From: an uncultured Alphaproteobacteria bacterium
GTDB lineage: Bacteria; Pseudomonadota; Alphaproteobacteria; RF32; CAG-239
Direction: 5' to 3'
Length of the DNA stretch: 63,763 bases
Assembly (NCBI GenBank): GCA_947588655.1
Contig: CANPYS010000005.1
Location: 1-63,763, forward strand
The position numbers were made by a program, and so were the translations under genes. This document shows positions 1 through 7,404 of this stretch, piece after piece; position 1 is the stretch's first letter; every line of letters starts with the position of its first letter. A model generated the notes under the pieces. It was not told the DNA's origin, did not search any database, and saw only the letters and a program-made list of their open reading frames with translations.

Positions 1-132
1 TGTTATGCGCAAACTTATCCTCTTTGCTAACTCTTCCCTTAAACCTTGTGCATAACTCTTTTATCTGGGTTGATGACACCTTCTTTATTGGCAGGACTCA
101 TTGGGCAATACACGAACTAGTTTATGGAAATA

Positions 133-531
133 CTAGCCAATTCCTAAAGTTTTGTTAATTAAAGAAGTCAAAAGGTTTTTTCCAACATCTGTAGCAACCC
201 CAAGTGAAAAACCTTTAACTTTATGAAAAATAGTATCATTTTTTAACGCATCTAAAAATTCAAGTCCTTGAGCGGTTATTCTTAGTTTTGCCCCATTTGC
301 ACGCATTGGACGGGAATAGCCTTGCCCTGTATAAAAACAAACACCTAACTCTGCAATAAGATTGGCATCTTTAGCTAAGAAAAAATGTCCTATAAATTTA
401 TCATTGAAAGGTTGCTCTTCATTAGTTTTTTCTTGCACTTGCTCTGCTAAAGTATTCAACATCATAAAATAACTTTTATTATCAGCCAGCGTTTGAAGAA
501 TTAATTTTATAAATTCCATATCTTGTTTCAT
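133..531 (-). CDS. DUF2513 family winged-helix protein
   Basis: Likely start MKQDMEFIKLILQ matches the MKRDMDLIRxIL family start; later LRITAQGLEFLD motif. Confidence 0.65.
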   Translation of the reverse strand: MKQDMEFIKLILQTLADNKSYFMMLNTLAEQVQEKTNEEQPFNDKFIGHFFLAKDANLIAELGVCFYTGQGYSRPMRANGAKLRITAQGLEFLDALKNDTIFHKVKGFSLGVATDVGKNLLTSLINKTLGIG

Positions 532-626
532 AAATTCTTTCCTTATGTAAAGATTAAACATAAATAAAAAATTTCTCAAACTCTTCCAAATTATCAGCAG
601 TAATTTGAATCTTTTCTTAATAATGC

Positions 627-1766
627 CTATGATTCAAAAAACCATTTTCTACTATTTTCGTTGTTTTTACTCAACAGTTTCTTTAATCCCTCTAAATCAT
701 CTGGTGATGATAACTTATGTATCATTCTATGACACGTTGGACATAAAATTAAAAAATCATCCGGTTTAACTATACGACTTTCACCTTCATCTAGTTCAGA
801 AAATGGAGTTTTATGGTGAGCTTCTAATATGTTTTTCATAGTCTCTCCATATTTTTTTACAGGATCTAAACCACACCCCATACAAACATACCCAAGATGC
901 TCTTTTATTGCTTTAATGTCTTTATTAGAAAGTCTCCCCTCATACTTAATATGATTATCTTTTCGCCGTTTTTCTTCCTCAAAAAACTCTATACGTTTCA
1001 GCACATGCTGAAAATTATTTTGTGGCAAAATCCCTTTAAATGATTTTAATTCATTCCTTAAATTCTCTTTTATATATTCTTCCCCAATTTCAGCTTCATT
1101 AATCAGTGTTTTTAAGCCTTTTTCTCTTGTTGGATAAACATCTGTATAATTAAATTGTTCGTTTGCTGCTTTGCCTATATTTTTATTACCCAATTCCTTG
1201 ATAAATAAGTTCTCGCGCTCGTCATCTGTTTTATTAATCAATGAAGCCCAATCTACACCCTTTTTCTCTAAAGATTTCAAAGCCTGCTTTATTTCTAAGG
1301 ACAATAAATCTTTATAATCATGTAAAGCAGGACTTGTAGAAAAAGATAATGCGGCGGAAGTATTGGATGTTTTATCAGTTGTGTTTAAACTAGCGCCTGA
1401 ATAAGAATGACCACTTGAATTTTTATAAGTATATTGAGACGAATTACCGGAAGAATTATGATTAGTTTCCATTGGCTCGTCTGGAACTTCATATATAACT
1501 TTGCGACCAAAATTACGATTTAACCATTGGTCTATATCATATTCATGTGTGTAAAAATATAGCGGAATACAACTTATAAAGGTTATGCATCCCCAAAAAA
1601 TAAGCTGCTCTATTCTATCTGGAGCATCAATAAATAAGGAAACTATAAAGTTTAATGGTCCGACAAGTAGTCCTACAACAGAAAGAGTACCAAGAAACAT
1701 AATAATTATTTGTATTGCTGATAAAATCTTTCCTATTAAACTTAATTCTATTTTTTCGTCAATCAT
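627..1766 (-). CDS. Membrane-anchored (2 TM) McrA-like HNH endonuclease
   Basis: Two N-terminal hydrophobic helices, Ser/Thr-rich linker, C-terminal CMGC...LEAHH...LCPTCHRMIH. Confidence 0.75.
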   Translation of the reverse strand: MIDEKIELSLIGKILSAIQIIIMFLGTLSVVGLLVGPLNFIVSLFIDAPDRIEQLIFWGCITFISCIPLYFYTHEYDIDQWLNRNFGRKVIYEVPDEPMETNHNSSGNSSQYTYKNSSGHSYSGASLNTTDKTSNTSAALSFSTSPALHDYKDLLSLEIKQALKSLEKKGVDWASLINKTDDERENLFIKELGNKNIGKAANEQFNYTDVYPTREKGLKTLINEAEIGEEYIKENLRNELKSFKGILPQNNFQHVLKRIEFFEEEKRRKDNHIKYEGRLSNKDIKAIKEHLGYVCMGCGLDPVKKYGETMKNILEAHHKTPFSELDEGESRIVKPDDFLILCPTCHRMIHKLSSPDDLEGLKKLLSKNNENSRKWFFES

Positions 1767-1857
1767 TTAAGATTCTTCCTTTCGTATCATGCATTAAAGA
1801 GTTCACTCTAATATTTACCTTATATAACTATTTTTTCTTTTTCAATACATATAATTT

Positions 1858-2754
1858 CTAGCCGCCTATTATCGTCTCAAAACAGTCCTTTTCTGTATAT
1901 CCCTCATCACATGGAATATCATTATCTTCGTAAAGAAGAACTGTAATAACAGCTTCAAGTTGTGGTGCTTTAAAAACAACTTCCTTTGAGACCAATCCCT
2001 TTCCCCACCATATTTCATGTTGGTCTTTTTCATATTGAATATCACATCCGTGGTAAACTCTATATGTTAGAGATGAAATAGGAACTTCTTCGCAATCAAA
2101 TTTATATTGAACCAATTTAGTTTTTAGTAAGCTTTTACTTTTTCGACACCATAATATAAAACCATTATCAGAAAACACTACCATAGCTTTTTCATCAGTC
2201 ATATCTATCCATTTAAGTATAGTGGCGGTTAGGGAGGTCGCATACCTGACGGCTAAATTCTGAAAAAGCGAGACACCAAATGGATATTGTGAGGCGGTTT
2301 TTCTAAAATCATCTAGAGGCATCAACAAATAAGAAGCAAAGATATTGGCTTCATTTTCTATTTCCGAATTAGCATTTCCGTCCATAATATCTTGTTTTGA
2401 GCATTGCAAACCCTTTGGGAATTTTTTACGATGTAATAAATAATGTCCAAACTCATGGGCTAAAGTAAAATTAATACGACCGCCGTACTTTATATTCTCG
2501 TTATATAATATAACCCATCCTTGAGGAGTTTTTCTGAGTAATCCATCGACCTTATCACTTAGTTTAATTGCTGTGATAGCAAAGATACAATCCTTATCTG
2601 TACATTGGTGGCATTTATTTCTGTTAGAACAAATATCTTTAGAATATTGTGCCGCGAATCCCCGTATGTTGATAGGAAATCGTTTTTCACCGTAAACAAT
2701 GGCTAATTGTCGGGATAGTCGAATAGCAGTTTTCTGTGGAGTTTCATTAGTCAT
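1858..2754 (-). CDS. ImmA/IrrE family metallopeptidase (CapP-like)
   Basis: RINFTLAHEFGH zinc motif and ENEANIFASYLLMP; overlaps the XRE gene. Confidence 0.9.
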   Translation of the reverse strand: MTNETPQKTAIRLSRQLAIVYGEKRFPINIRGFAAQYSKDICSNRNKCHQCTDKDCIFAITAIKLSDKVDGLLRKTPQGWVILYNENIKYGGRINFTLAHEFGHYLLHRKKFPKGLQCSKQDIMDGNANSEIENEANIFASYLLMPLDDFRKTASQYPFGVSLFQNLAVRYATSLTATILKWIDMTDEKAMVVFSDNGFILWCRKSKSLLKTKLVQYKFDCEEVPISSLTYRVYHGCDIQYEKDQHEIWWGKGLVSKEVVFKAPQLEAVITVLLYEDNDIPCDEGYTEKDCFETIIGG

Positions 2755-3067
2755 TTTTTTTCATTTTAATTATTAATTTAATCATTTCTTCAATTTTTTC
2801 TTGATCTGCCTCTGATAAATTGCTAACTCTGGTAAATATCCTTTGTGCTGTATCAAAAGTTTGATTTACATCTTCTTTCATTAAATAATCAAGAGTTACT
2901 CCAAAATATTTTGCTAGTTCTGATAATTTTTCAGCCGAAGGATTTTTAGTTCCCTTTTCAAGTTCCCACAAATAACTTTTACTAGATTGAGTTATTGTGG
3001 CTAACTCATCAAGAGAAAGACCTTTCTCTTGTCTAAGTTTTCTTAACTTTTCACCGATTGTAGACAT
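2747..3067 (-). CDS. XRE-family HTH regulator (CapH-like)
   Basis: MSTIGEKLRKLRQEKGLSLDELA...SKSYLWELE...NPS; GGGGG SD-like site upstream. Confidence 0.9.
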   Translation of the reverse strand: MSTIGEKLRKLRQEKGLSLDELATITQSSKSYLWELEKGTKNPSAEKLSELAKYFGVTLDYLMKEDVNQTFDTAQRIFTRVSNLSEADQEKIEEMIKLIIKMKKND

Positions 3068-3111
3068 TATTCCCCCGTTTAAAGTTATACACATAATTCA
3101 CAATGCATATA

Positions 3112-3163
3112 TAGCGAACAAAATTGTATTTGACAAGCATTATTTTTAGATATATGTTCGCTA
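3112..3163 (+). promoter_or_regulatory. Sigma70 promoter flanked by an inverted repeat (putative XRE operator)
   Basis: TTGACA 3130-3135, 17 bp spacer, TATGTT 3153-3158; TAGCGAACA (3112-3120) and TGTTCGCTA (3155-3163). Confidence 0.6.
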
Positions 3164-3240
3164 ATGAGGTACGATGTCGTATCTTGCGAGTCTGACATTA
3201 AAGTCAAACTTGCTTAACTTTAGAATAAAGGAGATAAAAA

Positions 3241-3513
3241 ATGCCTTATAACGTAAAAAATTTGAATGGAACTTCAAATAATAGAGTTCCATGCGGTTAT
3301 ACCAGTTGGTTGGATTTCTGGGAAAAAAAATCTGGTAAAAAAGCAAGGGAATGTGCCTGTTGCTATAAAAACGCGGAAGTCGGAGCTCATGTTCAAAAGG
3401 CTAATAGCGATGACCGTTCATGGTATATCGTTCCTTTGTGTTGTCATTGTAACTGTATATCATCTTCTGAAGAATTTACAGTTTATGATATACTTATTCC
3501 TGTAAATTCATAA
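3241..3513 (+). CDS. Small HNH-like zinc-finger protein (90 aa)
   Basis: AAGGAG RBS; CACC...GAHV...WYIVPLCCHCN resembles a His-Me finger. Confidence 0.65.
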   Translation: MPYNVKNLNGTSNNRVPCGYTSWLDFWEKKSGKKARECACCYKNAEVGAHVQKANSDDRSWYIVPLCCHCNCISSSEEFTVYDILIPVNS

Positions 3514-3525
3514 GGAGATGAAGAT

Positions 3526-3699
3526 ATGGCAACTAATCCACCATCAGGTGATGGACATAGAAACGGAGCTGTAAGAGACCGTTCTCAAGTCCATAATCCC
3601 CGAAATGACCGTTGGGTTAAGCGTGATACCAATTCGGGTAGATTTATTGACCAAAAGTCAAATAAAGATCCGTTTAAAGGTGTTCGTAAAGAAAAATAG
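3526..3699 (+). CDS. 57-aa basic small protein (not in ORF track)
   Basis: TAAGGAG RBS overlaps the upstream stop; translates to MATNPPSGDGHRNGAVRDRSQVHNPRNDRWVKRDTNSGRFIDQKSNKDPFKGVRKEK. Confidence 0.8.
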   Translation: MATNPPSGDGHRNGAVRDRSQVHNPRNDRWVKRDTNSGRFIDQKSNKDPFKGVRKEK

Positions 3700-3764
3700 C
3701 TTATCTAGCGGCAACTAGATAAGCTAGCTGTTCAATATAGCTCTGATTTTATCAGAGCTATATT
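3697..3764 (+). terminator. Two tandem perfect hairpins closing the small operon
   Basis: TAGCTTATCTAG/CTAGATAAGCTA (12 bp) and AATATAGCTCTGAT/ATCAGAGCTATATT (14 bp). Confidence 0.55.
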
Positions 3765-4125
3765 TTGTATAATAAAATGAAAAAAATGTCAATACTATTT
3801 ATAACATCAGCTCATTTCAACAATTTTCTTTTGAGCGACAGTGTTGTAAAGGTTGATATTTTTAGCGGCGACAGTTAATAAGAGTTCTTCTATCGCTAAA
3901 ATGTCAAAAATGTACTTTTTGGTTGGTCTCATATCTGCTTCATGTAAGCCAATATATCCCGAAAGGTAATAGGATTAGAACCGCGTTAAATACCTGTAAA
4001 ATAAAGGATTTCATCAGGGATGGTCCGTGTAACAAGCAAAAAACAGCTTTATTAAACTTATTTTACACGGACCGTCTGAAAGCGTTGGTTTATAAAGAAA
4101 AAAGCCACTTTTCAGCGGCTTTATC

Positions 4126-4149
4126 TTATGTGGCAGGGGCAGTAAGATT
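4126..4149 (-). repeat. att-like direct repeat of the tRNA-Trp 3' end
   Basis: TTATGTGGCAGGGGCAGTAAGATT is identical to 4448-4471. Confidence 0.85.
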
Positions 4150-4224
4150 ACTCCGCTACGCTCCGTTCACTGCGCTCATCGGCTACGCCGACCGCGATAC
4201 TCCGTCTCGCTTTCGCTTGTAGTC

Positions 4225-4340
4225 TTCTTGCTCGTAAACTCTGCTCTTTGAGCAATCGTTAACTCGCTTCGGTCACCGCTCTGTAACGTTTGCATCGGTG
4301 CCTGCCGGCACCTCGCAAGCTAACAATCGCGTGATGTCGC
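4225..4340. repeat. Dispersed structured repeat, family A, copy 1
   Basis: Reverse complement closely matches 28922-29037. Confidence 0.85.
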
Positions 4341-4421
4341 CCCAAAACACCAATTACTTTTGGTGTTTTGGGGGCTCCACTCACTTCTTCGTGAGTTCAA
4401 ACCTAACTTACCTTTGCCAAT

Positions 4422-4449
4422 AAAAAAACGCCACAAGGGCGTTTTTTTT
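4422..4449 (-). terminator. Intrinsic terminator of tRNA-Trp
   Basis: AAAAAAACGCC-acaag-GGCGTTTTTTT. Confidence 0.75.
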
Positions 4450-4452
4450 ATG

Positions 4453-4528
4453 TGGCAGGGGCAGTAAGATTCGAACTCACGACACTCGGTTTTGGAGACC
4501 GATGCTCTACCAACTGAGCTATACCCCT
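4453..4528 (-). tRNA. tRNA-Trp (CCA)
   Basis: AGGGGTATAGCTCAGTTGGTAGAGCATCGGTCTCCAAAACCGAG...GTTCGAATC...CCCCTGCCA; 76 nt with encoded CCA end. Confidence 0.97.
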
Positions 4529-4840
4529 ACAAAATCTTCCCGATTTATATCGTATAAAAAAATATAAATCAAGTACTTTTTTGATTTCCTTGCAAATATT
4601 GCGTTTGCGGCGTCTAGCCTGCTCATAAATTCCTCATTTTTTGCGGGGGCTTAGAGGGAAACCTCATTAGCCGCATTAGCCTCATTAGGTTTTTTGGCTT
4701 TTTTTTGCCCCACACCCATATTTTCGCGCGTTTTGCCTCAAATGTCCACACTTATTACGATAACTCTTTGAAAATTGGGGATAGTTCTTGGTAAATTAGG
4801 TGGGGATATAATTGTTTTACATACCATCCTAAAAAAACTA

Positions 4841-5659
4841 TCAAAATAAACTGTTTTGAACAACTTTAGGTAATGGAAATAGACCAATTATGATAAAAGG
4901 ATTTGTTGCCCAACCATGATATTGCCTTGTTGTACCTAGAAAGAAATATAAATCTCTTTCTTTTGCATAGTTTTCAAAAAATTTTTCCTTTAATTTCTGT
5001 AGTGCTATTTCTTCACTTTTGTAGTGAGCTTTCCAGTTCCAAAAAGCAGCTCCGACTTCCCAATCCTCTATCATTAAGGTTGATCGTTTGCCCTTAATGT
5101 CTTCAAAAACGTAAGAAAATTTATAGGGTAGTTTATCTACAATTTTGAATACATCATCATCTTCCCCATTAGCAAACAAATTTAATTGCTTTCTTTCCCT
5201 TTCAATTGCATCCAACTTTTCTTTAGAGTATTCTCTACCATCTTTTTTCCAAATAAAATCTATAATTTTTGATGGTTTGAATACAGCTAAAGACATATTT
5301 GTTGAGTTTGATTCCTCAATTAATTTTGATAAATCGTTATGGATTTTTTGTTTTAAGACAATGTTACTTTTACGTCCCCAGTCTCTAGCCTCTATTTGCT
5401 CTAATAATTTTATTCTAGCAAAATCAACCTTATAGCTTTCAATTCTAGGATCTTCATTACTCTTATACATTCTCGCTTCAATCCATCTATATTTTGGATA
5501 TTGTTGCTCGTCATTTAGTTTTCTAAAAGGAATTGGATATAATCTAAACCAATTTCCCTCTTCATCCATACCAGCTGTACAGACTAATTCTGTGTATTTT
5601 TTTGAAATAGAAGGATATGTTTTTACAAGGATTAAAATCTTTTTCGTTATAAAGTCCAT
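4841..5659 (-). CDS. Conserved partner of DUF488 protein (possibly dual-OB-like)
   Basis: ILVKTYP...YTELVCTAG...WFRLYP motif; TAATG coupling to the DUF488 gene. Confidence 0.6.
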   Translation of the reverse strand: MDFITKKILILVKTYPSISKKYTELVCTAGMDEEGNWFRLYPIPFRKLNDEQQYPKYRWIEARMYKSNEDPRIESYKVDFARIKLLEQIEARDWGRKSNIVLKQKIHNDLSKLIEESNSTNMSLAVFKPSKIIDFIWKKDGREYSKEKLDAIERERKQLNLFANGEDDDVFKIVDKLPYKFSYVFEDIKGKRSTLMIEDWEVGAAFWNWKAHYKSEEIALQKLKEKFFENYAKERDLYFFLGTTRQYHGWATNPFIIIGLFPLPKVVQNSLF

Positions 5660-6537
5660 TAAATATGCTCCAACTGCAAATCTGGTCTTTTCTTTATAAG
5701 CGCATTTGCTACCCTAGCTCTATGACACATATGATAATCAGCCTCAAAACAAGTCAATGCAACTCTTTTATATTTTGTAATTAGAGTTAAAATCTCATCT
5801 AAATATTTATCTGAATTTACAAGAATTGTTTTTTCATAGATTGCAAATAATTTATTATAATCATCTATTGTATTAAGCCCTATTCTTTGCTCGGACTCAA
5901 TACCTAGCTGAGGAAAATGAATATAATGCACGCCTAATTTTTCAATAATTTTTTGTAAAGCAGACTTTGAAAATCCATATTTTCTACTAATAGGATTCTT
6001 TCTAACATCACAAACGAGCTTTATATTATTTTTTATCAGTTTATTAATGTAGTCATCAATACTTTCGGATTCATACCCAATTGTAAATAATTGCATTTTA
6101 TTAGATGTTTCTATAGTGTATCTATCTTTATTTGGAAAAATTCTACTAAAAATTTCGCTATTTAAAGTATAGTATGGATATTCTTTATAAACGTATTTAA
6201 TTAAATCTTCACCCTTATATTTAGAATACATCTCCTTAAATTTAACAATTTTATTTTTATCGTTATTATTCAATAAAGATATATAATCAACATCAGTATT
6301 TTTTAATTCTATACAATTATTATAAATTATGTATTGAGCTTGTTCAAGATTCCTTATATCTGCATACGACTGAAAAGAAAAACATCCATATTTATAAGGA
6401 ACAAAACTATAGTCTCTTTTTTCCTTGGATTGACAGATTTGAGTATACAAAAATAAATATTTTTGGAAATCAGTTTTATCTAAGCTTCCACCAAACGCCT
6501 GTATTAACGATAAAATTAACTTCTGCCTATAAAACAT
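5659..6537 (-). CDS. DUF488 family protein with N-terminal SocA/Panacea-like helical domain
   Basis: LFTIGYE, DVRKNPISRKYGFSK, LTCFE...CHR; N-terminal QKYLFL...FVPYKYG. Confidence 0.8.
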   Translation of the reverse strand: MFYRQKLILSLIQAFGGSLDKTDFQKYLFLYTQICQSKEKRDYSFVPYKYGCFSFQSYADIRNLEQAQYIIYNNCIELKNTDVDYISLLNNNDKNKIVKFKEMYSKYKGEDLIKYVYKEYPYYTLNSEIFSRIFPNKDRYTIETSNKMQLFTIGYESESIDDYINKLIKNNIKLVCDVRKNPISRKYGFSKSALQKIIEKLGVHYIHFPQLGIESEQRIGLNTIDDYNKLFAIYEKTILVNSDKYLDEILTLITKYKRVALTCFEADYHMCHRARVANALIKKRPDLQLEHI

Positions 6538-6728
6538 TTCACATCCTCAAAAGTTTATTTATATCTAGCATAAAAAGTTTAAGAAATCAATAACTTATTA
6601 AAATATATAAAATATTTTTTTGATTTTTGATAATTAAATTAAAATCTACAGTTATCAAATTACCAACTCACAGCACAAAATAATTTCATTAAATTATTAT
6701 TCTAAAAAGATTTAATTATTTCCCAACC

Positions 6729-7355
6729 TTAGAGGAATTTCCAAGCAATAGCGCAAGTGCTGGCACTGCCGCAATCGCACAAAACATAAGCTTGTTCAAC
6801 GGTTAAATTAGGCATATCCTTAGGTCCGATTGTACTTTCGCTTGTTTCAATGGTTGCTTTCAAAAGGTTTGATGTTTCAGGGGTTAAGTCCCCGTCTTTC
6901 TTGATTGTTATGCCCAAAAAGCCCGACTGAATATCTGAGCCCCAGTTCGCCGTGACTAATTCGCGGCATTGGTAACTGTTCAACCCGTTATAAATCAAGA
7001 TAAAAGCGCCATTATCATCAACCGTTGTCTGGGCAGGTGCAATCGTGACTTCACCTTGGTTTGCATTTAAAATTTTGGTTTGATCCTCTGAAATCATACG
7101 TTCCGGCACGAACCCGCTATGAATAAGCACATAAGGAGATAAACCTGCATAGTCATCTAACTTAAAAAACATAGAGCGAATATTCGCGATAAGCGTTGAA
7201 ATTTCATCTTTCAGGTCGTTTACACGAAGTTTTCGCGCCGCCTGATCAAACCCCCAAATGCCACCTAAGGTTAGAAAGCCGACGATAGAAAGCACGCCAA
7301 TCATTTCCACCATAGAGCGCCCAGAAGCGAAAATTTTAAAATCCTTTTTCATCAT
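6729..7355 (-). CDS. Type IV prepilin (PilS-like)
   Basis: SG|RSMVEM cleavage motif with E at +5, hydrophobic helix, C-terminal Cys pair. Confidence 0.75.
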   Translation of the reverse strand: MMKKDFKIFASGRSMVEMIGVLSIVGFLTLGGIWGFDQAARKLRVNDLKDEISTLIANIRSMFFKLDDYAGLSPYVLIHSGFVPERMISEDQTKILNANQGEVTIAPAQTTVDDNGAFILIYNGLNSYQCRELVTANWGSDIQSGFLGITIKKDGDLTPETSNLLKATIETSESTIGPKDMPNLTVEQAYVLCDCGSASTCAIAWKFL

Positions 7356-7404
7356 AATAAAAAAATCTAGACTTTATTTCTTAACATTTCGCTAATTTTA
7401 AAAT

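Noticed and set aside
2-56. GTTATGC...GCATAAC inverted repeat as an integron attC site
   Set aside because: Arms are in the wrong order for attC, there is only one occurrence, and no integrase is present
627-3699. CBASS operon
   Set aside because: CapH/CapP-like regulators are present but no CD-NTase, Cap2/Cap3 or SAVED effector is in the window
3923-4222. 99-aa ORF
   Set aside because: TTG start, runs through the att-like repeat and palindromes, no protein motif
4661-4689. Three 9-bp CATTAG units upstream of tRNA-Trp
   Set aside because: Too short to assign; could be chance or slippage
7381-7395. CtrA-like box TTAA-N7-CTAA upstream of the pilin gene
   Set aside because: Imperfect match in AT-rich DNA and expected by chance
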